A DNA stretch of 64,000 nucleotides from Chiloscyllium plagiosum (Eukaryota). The notes beneath the pieces were generated by a model. That model was not told where the DNA came from. It worked only from the letters and a program-made list of their open reading frames with translations, and made no database searches. Position numbers and translations under genes: made by a program. The stretch covers positions 59,106,838 through 59,170,837 of the forward strand of contig NC_057718.1 of NCBI RefSeq assembly GCF_004010195.1, written 5' to 3'. Below are positions 1 to 13,130 of this stretch, one piece after another. Position 1 is the stretch's first letter; each line of letters opens with the position of its first letter.

Positions 1-1935
1 AATTATCAATAACATTTCTGTCCTCACTTTCCATGAGTTTCAGTTCTTATTTTGGCTACCTGTGACTTGTATGTAGACAGTTTTAACATTGCACCCTCCA
101 TTTCCTGTCATTTCACAGATTTTTCTTTTTGTTCTGTGGACACTTAACATATTTCTCAGAATTTTTTTTAATGCATCCAGCATTTCTTCGAGCAGCGTAT
201 GTCTATTCACAAATTTAACTCCTGTCAAACTGAGAAGTCTGCCCATACTTGTTAATTTGGCGCAAAAACACAACTCCTGCCAGCAGAGATTGGGGAATTT
301 CCAGTGAAATCTCTGCAATCTTGATTTCTGCATTCTTCTAAATGGAATTTCTGCAATCTGCTGAATTCTATTATGTGTACTACCCCAAGTCTTTCAAAAT
401 CTGTCAAAGTCTGACCATAAGTAGTCAATAAATTGTCTTTATTAGTCTACCAGTCTATCTCAACACACTGACATCTGCAGGAATTTGCATTGTCATTGAA
501 AAGGTACATTATTTCCATGAACTAGTGGGTATAAGGGCTATTTTGGCACTTGCCTATCCTGTTTGCCAAGAAACTGCATTCACTACTTGATAGCTGGGTT
601 GGGACTCGGTGGTTTCCAATACTTTTGCCTCAACCTATCAATCTCTGCTTTTGGTTAGTCCCAAAGTGAGTTGGTTAACTGAACTTTGAGAGTCATCCAA
701 ACAGCACTTTAATGTATACCTAAACTGCAGCGGTTCAAGAAGGCTGCTGATCACTACCTTTTCAATGCTGGTAAGACATGGCCACTTGAATGGCCACTTC
801 CTACAAAATAATAAAATAATATCTATTTCCCATTGTTCAAGATTTCTTTTATAACCTCTTGGCGCACAGTCACCATATTTATGCTGGGTTTCATCGAGAA
901 GCCAGATCAAGAACTTGTCTCATTTGCCTTTTGTGGCTCCAAAAGGAATGGTAAAGAATAGACAAAACCTGGTCTTCCTCAATCTTATTTCCTTCAATGA
1001 CTGCTTAAAATCTCTCTGGAATTTTGCATGCTGGTAATTGTCATTGTGTCATATTCCAAGAGAAATTGACTAGCAGTCTGACTGTTGAAAATTCTTACTT
1101 TCTTTACATTGACCAAAGGATGCGAAGACTGCAGTGGTTTTGCTACTACACTGACCAAGCTTGTCTATCTCAGCACAATGTGAAGAAAGCTAGGATGTTA
1201 ATGGTCAGTTTGACTTGGTGTCTCGTTGTAAGGGCGAAGAAATTCTTTAATTTTTTTATTGAATTCTTTAAACTCTAATCACTAACTTTTGTCAGAGCCA
1301 TTTGAAATTGATTAACAAAGCCAATCTAAGCAGTTGAGTGTCTACAGCTGGAGTAGGTTTACAGATATAGTTCTCCAATTAAGTAAAGTACATTAATGAG
1401 CTTCCTACTCAGAATTGTACACAATTTCTGATAAAGCAAAAGGTAGATAAGTTACAAATGCATACATGATGGTTTTCATTGCAAATGTTAATAATTTGCA
1501 AGATGAAAGATTTAATGAGAAAGAATAGATTTAAAAACTAATAATACTAATGGGCTTAAAAATGCTGCCTGCTCTAACACAGTATAAAACTGTAAAAATT
1601 GATCAAAGGCCTGACAGGAAGTTTTATGTGAACATAAGTAAAGGCTGACAAGAACCTGCTGTGTGTGCCAAAGGTTCCCATGATGGAAAACTGAAACATG
1701 GTGCTCACTGACCACAGCGTGAGCCTTGACACAGGTCGTAAATAACTTTGTGATATATGAACACATTAAACAGCCGACTGGTGTATTAACAGCAGTAAAT
1801 CTGTGACAGGAGAAATGCTTGGCACTCAAGACCTTGTCTTTCTGATATTAGTTTCAGATTAATAGGGGTAAAGCAAACACATCAAATCACTAGTAGACTT
1901 TGATTTCATAAACCTTTCATATATTTTCTTCTCAG

Positions 1936-2032
1936 ACTTGCTTATATGGATGCAGAGTTCAGAACCATTAAGCTGAAGGCTGAGGATTCTGCAGGTCGAG
2001 AGCATATGATCACAATTAAATTAAAATCAAAG
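1936..2032 (+). CDS. FANCL: FANCL coding exon (equivalent to human exon 6)
   Basis: ttctcag|A CTT GCT...TCA AAG|gtgagg. 97 bp translating LAYMDAEFRTIKLKAEDSAGREHMITIKLKSK, matching recalled human LVYADTCFSTIKLKAEDASGREHLITLKLKAK. Confidence 0.96.
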
Positions 2033-2361
2033 GTGAGGCACTGGTAATGGTTTCAAAGGTATAATGTTGGGATTCCTTTTGAACAGTTTTGTATATTAAA
2101 AAATGTCAATATAGATACAATGAGTTGCATTTATTTACTTGTGCAACTTGTTTCTGGTTACTATTTGGCCGTGCACTTTCATCTTAAGAGTTTGAGATTT
2201 GAAACCTATGATATAAGATGGTCAGGTTCGCAATTGCATTTTATTTTAGGATAGTTATACTTTAGCCAAAAGCTGAAACTGTACAGTATAACATAATTCA
2301 TTAATCAGTCTTGAATATTTGATGTTAACTAAAGATCGCAAACATAAGGATTTTCTTATTT

Positions 2362-3760
2362 GTTCATTGGGTGTCCACATCTCGGCCAGCATTTTTGGCC
2401 TATCCCCAACTGCCTTGGAGAAGGCGGTACAGAGCTGACTTCTTGAACAGCTGCAGCCATTGGGGTGTAAGAATACCCACAGTGCTTTAGAAAGGGAGTT
2501 CCAGGATTTTGACCCAGGAACTGTGAAAGAAGACCAATTATAGTTCCAAAACAGGATGGTGTGTGTGTCTTGGATGGGCATTTTCAGGTGATGGTGCTCC
2601 TGTGCATCTGTTGCCCTTGTCCTTCTAGTTGGTAGAGGGCACAGGATGAGAAGGTGCTGTGAAAGGAGCCTCTGAGTTAGTGCAGTGCATCTCGTAGATA
2701 ATACATACTGCTGTCACTGTGCATCTGTGCAGAAGGGATATTATAGTAGCAGATAGGGTGATAATCAAGCAGACTGCTTTGTCCTGGATAGTGTCAAGTT
2801 TCTTCAGTGTTGTTGGAACTGTACGCATCCTGGTAAATAGAATTTCATCACTTATGTGACTTGTGCTCTGTGGATGGCGAATGCATATTCAGGAACCGGA
2901 GGCAAGGTCCAATCTGTTGAGTACCCGGCTTCTGACCTGTCTTGACGTGTATGGCTAGTCAATTCCAATTTCTGGTTGAGGGTAAACCCCCGAATGTTGT
3001 TAGTGTGGGACTGAGCAATGATAGTGCTATTAAATGTCAATGGTAATTATTACATTCTCTGTTCATTTGAGAGGGTCATTCCCTGGCACCTGTAAAGTAT
3101 AAATGTTACTTGCCACTTATTGGCCCAAGTTGGAATGTTGTCTGTGTCATACTGCAAATGGAAACGGACTACTTCAGCATCTTAGAAGTTGTGAATGATT
3201 CTGAACATTATCCAATCAAGAGCAGACATACTCCTTTTGATCTGATGAAGGAGGGAAGATCGCTGATGAAGCAGTTGAAGATGGTTGGGCTAAGAAAATT
3301 TGAGGAGCTCCAGTAGTAATGTGCTGGTGCTGAGCTGATACATCCCTAACAAACACAACCATCTTCTATTATGCTAGGAATGGTCCCAACCAGCATAAAA
3401 TTCCTTCCCCTCCTCTCCCCTCCTGATTCCCATTGTCTCCAGTCTTTGGTTCCTTGATGCTAGACATGGTCCATATCAAGAGAGTCAGTCTTGTCTTCTT
3501 CTTGGGTGAGCAAATGTTTATTAGAATTAGCTTCCAGAATACCCGCAGTGCTTTTAGGAAGGGTGTTCCAGGATTTTGACTGAGCAACAGAAAAGGAACA
3601 GCAATTATAGTTCCAAGACAGAATGGTGCATGTCTTGGATAGGCATTTTCAGATGGTAGTGCTCCTCTACATCTGCCACCTAGAAGGACAAGGGCGGCAG
3701 AAGATACAGAATTGGAAGGTGCAGTCAAAGGAGTCTCTGAGTTGCTACAGTACATCTTGA
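2362..3760 (-). mobile_element. Decayed non-LTR retrotransposon (CR1/L2-group) 3' part, plus a second copy of its 3' region at ~3535-3760
   Basis: ORF remnant LKKLDTIQDKAVCLI. The same family recurs at 37490, 55730 and 63395. Confidence 0.8.
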
Positions 3761-3917
3761 AGAACTGGAATTATTTAAGAAATATTTAAGGGACACCGAT
3801 AGACTTATTTGCAGGTTTTCCATTTTAAGGTTGTGTACTTTTTTTTTAAACAAAGTAACTTCTTGGATAATTTAAAAATCTATAAAATGCATTTCTTTCC
3901 AGAATCAGTATTAAGTA

Positions 3918-4332
3918 CAGTGGTGCCCCCTGCACCTGCAGGGGATATGTTCCAAGTCCTACCACAGATGGCAGCAAACCCTTTCAGTTAAATGGGAAGT
4001 TTACCTTCCCGGCAACTCCTGGTCAATGATTCTGAAACGTTCCATGTAACATGTTTGGGCCACTGTAAACCTGTGTCTGCGTGGGTTTCCTCTGGGTGCT
4101 CACGTTTCCTCCCACAATCCAAAGATGTGCTGGTTAGGTGAATTGGCCATGCTAAATTGCCCACAGTGTTAGGTGTAGGGGAATGGGTCTGGGTGGGTTG
4201 CTCTTCGGAGGGTCGGTGTGGACTTGTTGGGCCGAAGGGCCTGTTTCCATACTGTAGGGAATCTAATCTAATCTAAACCGCGGGTAACTGAAACTCGTAG
4301 TAACCAGACCGGTGGATACGACAGTTGCCCTG
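3918..4332. mobile_element. Tc1/mariner-pogo (Tigger-like) MITE, interrupted by a SINE
   Basis: TA|cagtggtgccccc...ggggatatgttccaag start and ...gccctg|TA end, giving a TA target duplication. The start resembles Tigger/MER44 termini from recall. Confidence 0.6.
4072..4273 (+). mobile_element. 5'-truncated HE1-type V-SINE
   Basis: V-domain gggtttcctctgggtgctc...tccaaagatgtg, CR1-like tail and (atcta)n end. TSD taaacc at 4066-4071 and 4274-4279. Confidence 0.9.
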
Positions 4333-6089
4333 TACGTCATGCCCTGCCTTGCAAACTACGATATCAAAACAGGTATTGAAGTGATCTTGTGTATCTTGCT
4401 GATAGCTTGGGGTAGTATCATTGAAGTTGTCTCTGTCATGCTCTTCCCATCCTATAATTGACGCTTGAACAGATTCGTTTAACCCAACGATAATATATTG
4501 TTCCAAGTTTTGTCATGGCTTTCAAATTGTCATCTATTGAAATATTCCTTGATTTTAAACATCATCAATTCTATTTGCTGTTCCATAAACTGTTCAAGGA
4601 AATATTTTGCAGCTATTGTCCCTGTCCACAATTGACAAGCCATGAAATGTCCAGTTTTGCAGTGGTTGGAAAAAAGAACATGTTTTCTTCTTCAAGTAAA
4701 TAACTTTCCATATAGTACTGAGAGCAATAAATAAAAAAAAAATCCTCTTATTTGTCATTTAGTTGTGCCTCGGCCATTCAATGTTGATTGTGAAGCATAA
4801 AATCAGAGCACTCACATGTTAAACCTTGTGATAGGTGACATTGGGAGTTAACACAGAACTTGCAGTGTGCTAGAGGGAAATATAGTATGAATTTTGATTA
4901 AGGCAGCAAGTCATAAAATTGCCAATGTTCTCATTTAGGTCTTTATATTAAAAAAAAATTAGCTTTTGTGGAAAAGTGATAGTGTGAGCCAGGAGGACTG
5001 GATTTGAGTCCGACCTGCTCTAGAGGTATGTAGCAGCATCTCTGAACAAGCAGGTTCAAAAATATCTCAAAACATTTTGTGGCTTGCATCTATTTACTGG
5101 TGTCTTGTTTGTGTTTTCAAAACAACATTAGTATTTTCATGTAGATGTGCAGTAACACTCAATGTACAGTAGTTTATTCTTGGTAGCAAAGAACAATTCT
5201 ACCATAAAATTGAGATAAACATTAAACAGAAAATTAGTGAATTATGTATTACCTTTGAAACGTTTAACACTTGAGTAGCATGGAAATAATTGAAGGACCT
5301 AATAAATAAAGTTGGTTTAAAAAATAGTAACAAATATTGATGCCTTGAACTCTGAACGGAGCATAAAGTAGTTATTTGTGCAGGGAATATTCAGGTTTGA
5401 TCAATAAAGAGTTTTGATAGGGCACATAGGTTGATCTAATGTAAATGTTATCTGAAGAATGCACAACAAATTTGGATGATATAAAACGTATGCTTGGGGG
5501 ACAAAAAATGATGTTAGCAGAGGTGTTTGGTGGTGCAGTGCTCTAGGGCCAATGCCATGGAAACCAGAGCAACCACAAATGGTAGGCGTACTTTGGTAAG
5601 GCCCATGTGGCACTCCATGTTTATAAGAGTGCGAGAGCTGATGTGTGTCTCGTAGTACATAGAGAACACTGCTCATGACTTCAAGCAACTTCTAAGACCT
5701 GTTTGATGTCTGCTTTGCCAATTTTTGACACTACAAGTTAATCTAACATCATTTTATAATTAATATCATTTAATATGCATCTAAGAGGTCCACACATCTA
5801 ACCATTGCCCCCACCATCAACCTCCCCTAGAGGTACAAAAGGCTCAGCCATCCAAATTGCAAATATGGTGCTTTCGACTAGCTTTTCTCATGCTACAAAG
5901 TTTGTAGAAAACAGTGCTGTCAAGGTAGTCAGTCACATTTTTGCTTGCTGCATCTTGCTAGGGGCCAGAAGAGATTTGTGCCAGTCAGCTATGAACCTTC
6001 CAACGTTGGGAATCTATAGCTGTAGCTTCTTTTCAATTGTGACATTCCAGGGACATTGAGTGCAAGCCACTGATAAGGGAAGCTGTCTG

Positions 6090-6560
6090 CAGAAGTAACA
6101 GGTGCTACCAACTAATGGTCTTCACAGAGCAAATTTTCTGTCACTACTTCAGTATTTAACATTGTCTGAGTCATCTATGATTCAAAAAGGGTGTGGTCAC
6201 TCTGCTCTCTGTTGCTGCAGTACAGAAGTATCAAAGGCTCAGTACACCATGACCAGCAACTTCATAGTTTTGTCTGTTACCAGAGAGAAACAGGAGGAAA
6301 GCACCCATGGCTTTGCCAAGTGAGCAGGTTTTGGAATGGCGTCAAGTGCTATCAATCGTACATGTGGCTTTGCGGGTCCTCCATATTAATGGAGAAATGC
6401 CCTGGAACCATAGGGCTACCACTCTGTCAGCATGCAGTTGGATCAGAAAATGCCATAATGCCTTTATTTTGAGTCACCTAGCTGTTTTGGCCAATCTTGA
6501 GCCACTTCCACTGATTCCTGGTCCCAAGAGATATTTGCTGTCCCAAGGTTCATGGCTCCT
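6090..6560 (+). mobile_element. Degenerate PIF/Harbinger transposase fragment
   Basis: Frameshifted peptides VTREKQEESTHGFAK / HVALRVLHINGEMPWNH / GYHS resemble the Harbinger GF...GAIDCTHVAI...NRKGYHS block. Confidence 0.6.
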
Positions 6561-7729
6561 GTCCAATGCCCATCATGCAAGAACATGATAAGTGAGTGAA
6601 GATGCCAATCTATTATTTGGTTTTAAATAACATCATTTAAAATAACATTAATTTCTGTATAGAAACGCCCATTTCCTGGGAGTGGGAAATCATTTTTGCG
6701 CATTTCGAACTTGGTGACATGTGCTTGACAAGGAAAACTCTTGCTTTAAGTTGCAATGGGCCTCAAACTTCTTGAAACTCTTCACTATCCTACCATTTAT
6801 GTCATATATGTTCAATATATGTTTCCCAGTGTAACTGGGAAAAAATATCTTTACCTGTCTCTTCTTTGGTTTTGTTAGGCATAGTTCTGATCTTCCCCAC
6901 ATGAACATGTGTGGAGGACTATTTAAATTGAGTGCAGAAAGGACAAAAGTGTTTATATGTATATCCCTTAGTGAGGAATCAATAGTTTCGGAAAAGAAGG
7001 GAGGAAGGTTAGCTCAGAAATTTAATACCAGTAGTTTTACATTTTGAAAGTATCTGACACTTTTTAATTCTAGTTAAGTTTTACAAAGATGTCCTATTAT
7101 TTCGGATCACGCCTCTTTCTTGAATATTTGCTGGTGTATTTCAAAAAATAAACCCAATAGTGAATTCGCTGCATTTTTGAGACTTGCTGGTGTAGAATAG
7201 GGCTTCCCAAACTGTGTGTGAGGGAAAGTTGAAGCCTCAATCTCAGGGTCTGCAATAACTGCATCAGTGAGGCCTTCAGAAATAGTTGCAACTTTAGTGG
7301 ACATTGTAGTGCTCTCTGAGGCCTAATTGCTACTGCAAAAAAAAAAGCCTAGGGAGAGGTAGGCTTTCATCTTTTTTGGAGAAACTCTACCTTTTCATCA
7401 TATACCCCTGCACACAACTACTGTTACCCACACCTATCCCCACCATAAGCCAACTATACATTGTTCTAGTTGATGAAGGGCTAAAGCTGTCCTGTCTCTG
7501 TTCAGTGACTGCAATCTGAAGCCACCCATTCCCTACACAACTCTCTACCCTGATCACATGGAGTCTAAGGCATTAAATTGGGTTCACATTAGGAAAAGGT
7601 CAGTGAGGTACTGCTGTACATACTTAACTGTATCAAGTTTCAACTTTTGGTTGGTTGAGACTAGCAATACCTGATTTAGTATTACTCTTGTGCTTTTTGT
7701 ATGCCACAGTCACAAACAGCAATGATGAA

Positions 7730-8235
7730 ATTCCTGTCCTTGGCATGTTGCAATGTTCCAGTGAATCACAGCGAAAACTGGAGGAGTGACATCTCCTCTT
7801 CAGACCAGGCATTTACAACCTTCTGGGCTCAATAATGAGTTCAACACCATCAGATTGTGAACCCACTCCCATTCCTTCCTTTTCTTTTAGCTTTACCTCG
7901 ATGCATTCTCTGCCACCATGTCCTCTTTCCCCCCCCCCTCTCCCAACTCCAGTGGGACTGTCTGTTCTTTCCAGTCTGGCAATGAGACACGCCATTTGTT
8001 TTGCCATTCTCACATTCCGATCTTTTAATCAGAACTATCAACATAGTTCTCCCTCAGCACTCTACACTCCATCAGCCCCACACACACACCACTCCATAGA
8101 TCAGAACTATGCCTAAATTCTGCCCCCTCCACACTTCATGTCAGCTCTGAAGAATCATCTAGAGTCGAAACGTTAGCTTGCTTTCTCTCCCTGGGTGCTG
8201 CTTGACCAGCTGTGATCTCCAGCACTTTTTGTTTT
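7730..8235 (+). mobile_element. Penelope-like element 3' end (GIY-YIG tail plus terminal repeat)
   Basis: VLGMLQCSSESQRKLEE*HLLFR...QPSGLNNEFN is a typical PLE ORF end. It is followed by a pyrimidine tract and a degenerate hammerhead core ctgaaga...gaaacgtt at 8147-8174. Confidence 0.8.
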
Positions 8236-9526
8236 TAATGATGAAATCCAGCCTTTTTATTGAGTTGTTTTTCTAACCATAATCAGCAGAGTTTTTTTTA
8301 GGTGACACTCGACTTAGATCTTTGTCTATTTCTTTATTTAAGAGCAAAAAACTTTTATTGTAAGTATTGGGCATAGTTTTGACTGCTTTTGAAGAGGGTG
8401 TATTCCAGATAAGTGCCGCGAAAATGGAGAAAGCTGAAATTCCTGGTAATTCTTACTTGGTAACTTTAAAAGTGGTTCAAGTGTGAATGACTTTCAGGAA
8501 AGTTCAACAGTTCTGTCCTGACATATTCATTAAAATTGATTTTTCCCTGAACAAATTATTAAAGTGGTTAGTATTGGAGTCTTGACCTTTTTTCACCTGC
8601 AAAGGTGCTTGACTATTTGCCTTTGTATCCCTTGGTTTAAATTTCTTAACTCACCACAAGCTAAGAATCAAATGGGATTTGTTTTTATTCTTCATGGATC
8701 AGGTATAACTATTGAGGTTTCTGGATTCTTAGCTCACTTACATGTGTTTAAAACTTCAGTGATTGTAGCAAGGTCAGTCATCTAGACCTCATTGAATATG
8801 AGGAGCTGTTAATCTGTTCCAATCAAGTAGACCTGGCTGACATAAAAAAAGATGAATGTCAGGAATATTGAGCTCCTAAATACCTGACTCCATGGGAGAC
8901 ACTGATCATCTAAAGCTATGCATTTGTAAATAAAGAGTAATTGCTGATGGGATGCCAGCCTCTGAAGAGTTATTATATAAACTTTTGTCATTGTTATAAT
9001 ACATAATTTAAGGAATCCTGTGTTCATCATCTTTAAATTTTCTAAGGAATTTAACAAGTTGTGTTTTATTTATCAATCACTGACTTTAGATGAAGGTGCA
9101 AGAGAAAGAGGTGTGAAATCTAACCAAACTAAAATGGAAGTGCAACTTTTCATTGTAACATATATGCAGACGTCCATTGGTTGAAAAAAAAATCAAATAA
9201 ATGAGTTTGAAAATGCAGTATTGAAAAAGAACTGTCAATGCTGGAGATCTGAAACAAAAACAGAATGCTGGACAAACTCAGCATCTGTGGAGAGAAAAAT
9301 AGAGGTAATGTTTTCAGTCCAGTGACCCAGTTTTGACAAAAGGGTTACCATACTCAATGTTAACTCTGTTTATTCTCTATAAAATTACATCTTTTTAAAA
9401 GATCTTCCACAAAGAAATGACTTGCATTGAAGTCAAGAGTTCAGAGGTTTGATTGGTTAGGTTTGTGACACTTGTACAGACAACAGCAACCTATTCCTTA
9501 CTTGATATCTTTTTGTTTATCTTCAG

Positions 9527-9595
9527 TACCCAGCTGAACCACCTGATTGTTCCACAAATTTTCCTGTTCCATTTGTGATTTCTTGGACACAGCAG
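9527..9595 (+). CDS. FANCL: FANCL coding exon (exon 7 equivalent)
   Basis: cttcag|TAC...CAG|gtacaa. 69 bp, YPAEPPDCSTNFPVPFVISWTQQ (human YPAESPDYFVDFPVPFCASWTPQ). Phase 0/0. Confidence 0.96.
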
Positions 9596-10060
9596 GTACA
9601 AGTCAAATTCTGTAAATGTTTTCTTAACTATCCTTTGTTTTGTTTTTGAGTACCATAGTGTTGTTGTCAAGGGAATGTTCAGTCTTTATAAATTATACGA
9701 ATAATATAAGTGTGTAGCTGAATCTACTGATAAACAGGCATCTTGTTTGGAAGAACAATCTTGTGAAAATATTTCAAAGTCAGTTGTTTGAACCTCCCTT
9801 ATGTTTTGCTGAGTTTATTCAGCCATAAGCTGAACTAATCAGCTTAAAAGGATTCTTGATCTATATTGTTATCTGATCTTAGGCAAGATGCTGGTAACTT
9901 TGTTACAATTGGCTCATAGACTGGAAGAAGACAGACAAAGAATTTGATCCTTAACCAATGGCATATGCAAAGGCATATGGGTGGACTTTGTGCACTGAGC
10001 TGTGATAAAGCCTCCTTAATCAAAAAATATAAGTGTTTGGTAATGTAAATGAAAATCTCT

Positions 10061-10603
10061 TATAGGAGTTATTATGTTATGTGAGATTGTATAGGACATT
10101 GGTGAGGCCTCTTGTGCAGTTCTGGTTGCACTGCTATAGGAAGGATATTATTAAACTGGAGAGAGTTCAGAAAAGATTCACCAGGATGTTGCCAGGAATG
10201 GGTGGTTTGAGGTATAAAAATAGGCTGGACAGGCTGGGACTTCTTTCACTGAAGCAGGAGGCTGAGGGGTGACTTTATATAGGTTCTTAAAATAATGAGG
10301 GGCATAGATAAGGTGAATAGCAGGGGGTTTTCCCCCAGGCTCAGTGAGTTCAAACCTAGGGGGCATATTTTTAAGGTGAAAGTTTTAAGAGTATGAGGGG
10401 CAACTGCCAGAGGAAATGGTGGATGCAGTTACAATTATAACATTTAAAATCTATTTGGATAAGTATGTGAATAGGAAAGGTTTGGAGGGATTTGGGCCAA
10501 ATGCAAGTAAGTGGGATTAGTTTAGTTTAGAAACACTGTCGGCGTGGACTAGTTGGACTTAAGGATTTGTTTCCATGCTGTTACAACTCTGTGACTCTAT
10601 GAT
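10061..10603 (+). mobile_element. CR1 LINE 3' fragment
   Basis: RLYRTLVRP...KLERVQKRFTRMLPG and a tgactctatga tail. Confidence 0.92.
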
Positions 10604-11528
10604 TGGGCCCAGGAATGATTCCATGAAGAAATAAAGAGGAGAAAAATCATTGTATTTTACGAACTCCAAAACGATTATAGTTGTTGGCCTCAAATAGACA
10701 AAAAGGCAATTGAATACAATTTTTATTAGTTGGATATCTGGCAAGATATAATGATATTCTAGTTCTTTTATCTAAACAAATGCCAGTTCCATTATCCAGT
10801 TGTGTATAAACCAGATTCAATTTGGTGTAGCAAGTGAAGCTACGAATAATTTCCTTCAATTTAAAAGACAATATTCCTCCGTTTAACGTCGGCAGAAAAC
10901 TGGTCATCCCCTAGGAAGAGGGGAATTATTTTTGTTCACTGATCCTTTTAGAACTTAGTGACATATACTTGTTGAAGGAAACTTATTTATTTTGCGCTAT
11001 TTTCAGTCTCGACTGCCTAAGCACTTGAATAGTTCGGCTTAGTGTCAGACATTCAGTCTGCAGATTTGTGCAGCTAGGGAAAAAAATACTCTTTACCTTG
11101 TCTGTCCTTTTAGTTTTGTTTCAATAAACCTAATAGTTGCAGTTTTGAAAAAAACAATTATGTTTTCCTGAAATATGCAGCAAACCTGCTTTTGAGCTTG
11201 TTTAGCAAGCTAGCCCTGCCTTCAATGCCACCCAAATGTATTGATTGATTTGTGACTCATAAAAAGTCATGGTCCAGATCTTCAAGTGTCTGGGTCGCCT
11301 AATGCACTGATTTTGTGGGAATTGATTGAGAAATCTAAACTTCCAATGGGCCATTACCCTGCACTTCTGGGATCCTCCTAAAAAGTCTCTGACTCTTGAG
11401 TTAAAAATCAGACACTTCAGATTAGTTTCAGTATACTTACCTGGATGATTATGAAGGAGAAATTAAACAGATAAATTGTAATGTATTGTTGTTGTGGTTC
11501 TGTTCGCCGAGTTGGAAATTTTTGTTGC

Positions 11529-11563
11529 AAACGTTTCGTCCCCTGTCTAGGTGACATCCTCAG
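11529..11563 (-). ncRNA. Minimal type I hammerhead ribozyme core (PLE-associated)
   Basis: Minus strand CTGAGGA-tGTCACCT agac AGGGGAC-GAAACGTTT: CUGANGA, stem II with one mismatch, GAAA, and palindromic ACGT stem III. Confidence 0.65.
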
Positions 11564-11675
11564 TGCTTGGGAGCCTCCTGTGGAGCGCTTCTGTGGTGTT
11601 TCCTCCGGCATTTATAGTGGCCTGTCCCTGCCGCTCCGGTTGTCAGTTTCAGCTGTCCGCTGTAGTGGCCGGTAT

Positions 11676-11773
11676 ATTAGATTAGATTAGATTACTTTAC
11701 AGTGTGGAAACAGGCCCTTCGGCCCAACAAGTCCACACCGACCCGCCGAAGCGTAACCAACCCATACCCCTAC
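11676..11773 (-). mobile_element. HE1-type SINE 3' tail running into the gap
   Basis: (ttaga)n tail followed by acagtgtggaaacaggcccttcggccc. Confidence 0.88.
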
Positions 11774-11942
11774 NNNNNNNNNNNNNNNNNNNNNNNNNNN
11801 NNNNNNNNNNNNNNNNNNNNNNNNNNNNNNNNNNNNNNNNNNNNNNNNNNNNNNNNNNNNNNNNNNNNNNNNNNNNNNNNNNNNNNNNNNNNNNNNNNNN
11901 NNNNNNNNNNNNNNNNNNNNNNNNNNNNNNNNNNNNNNNNNN
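11774..11942. other. Assembly gap (N run)
   Basis: 169 N. Confidence 1.
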
Positions 11943-13130
11943 TATCCGTTTTTGGCGAATACCTTGTACAGGTGTTCCTCTTCCTCTTTTTGCAGTTCTG
12001 GTGTGCTGCCGTGTGTTGTGGCCCTTTTTGAATCGTGTCTTGATGCAACTTCGTTTGTGTGTGTTGGGGTGGTTGCTTTCATAGTTCAGGACTTGGTCTG
12101 TGTGTGTGTGTGGCTTTCCTGTATACCTTTGTGGTGAATTCTCCGTTCGGTGTTCTCTGTACCATCACGTCTAGGAATGGGAGTTGGTTAACCTTTTCTT
12201 CTTCTCTTGTGAATCGGATTCCTGTGAGTGTGGCGTTGATGATCCGGTGTGTAATGTATCTCCTGGGTAACTTTTTTTTCTGCTGATTTTCCAATTATGT
12301 GCACCGACCCCGACTCCTTCCTTGACCCCTGACTACAACCCATGATCCCTGATCTCCCTTGGATTGCTGCATAAAGGGTCATGGATTTTCGTTTCACTCA
12401 ATGCTACTTTGCCAATTTGAACCCTTTTCATGTTTCAGCACTTGATTGAACTATAACATTTTTGAAGATGCCAGGATCTGTTAGCCAGATGATTTGATAA
12501 ATTCTGCATTTTCCAGGATTAGCAGTATTTATTTGTGAATTTTCCCGCCAGGGAACTATCACATTAATTATTTGAAACTCGTCTAATAGTCGAAGATTGA
12601 GATGGTAATTCACAGCCCTGGATTTACTACTTTCTCCTTCCTCTGCCACCATTCTACTTTGCGATTGAATTGCTGAGCTTCTATGTGGCTGATGTCCTAA
12701 TAGATTAGAAGTTACCATGTCTGAGCAGTTGGCAGCTTTCTCCTCCCGGTTAGTGATATCAATGCCTCCATCATTTAGGGTGACCTTGAATGTATTCTTA
12801 TACCTTTTTCCTTTGGCCACCCATTGAGTGTTGATCAATAGACAACTGGCAGAAGCAAACTTGCTGCATGAGGTGGGTTTTGGATATTGGGACACATTGG
12901 CCTATAGATGGAGCAGGGCATTGATATTGGTAGAAAAAGCTTCATGTTGTTTCACCAATCATCCCATTTGATCACTGTAGGGACTATTGATGGAATCTCT
13001 CAAAATTCATAATGTATTGTTGATAGATGGACCAGGATTCACGGCAGTACAGGCAACAATCTTCACAGCACGACCTTTGTTAATTTTCACAGATCCCTGG
13101 TGTCAAACATGCATTCCATCTTGAAGAAAA

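Larger units (their letters stand above)
11481..12310 (-). mobile_element. Penelope-like element fragment (RT/thumb region plus terminal repeat), interrupted by a SINE and a gap
   Basis: IINATLTGIRFTREEEKVNQLPFLDVMVQRTPNGEFTTKVYRKATHT is a PLE RT motif. A hammerhead core lies at 11529-11563. Confidence 0.9.
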
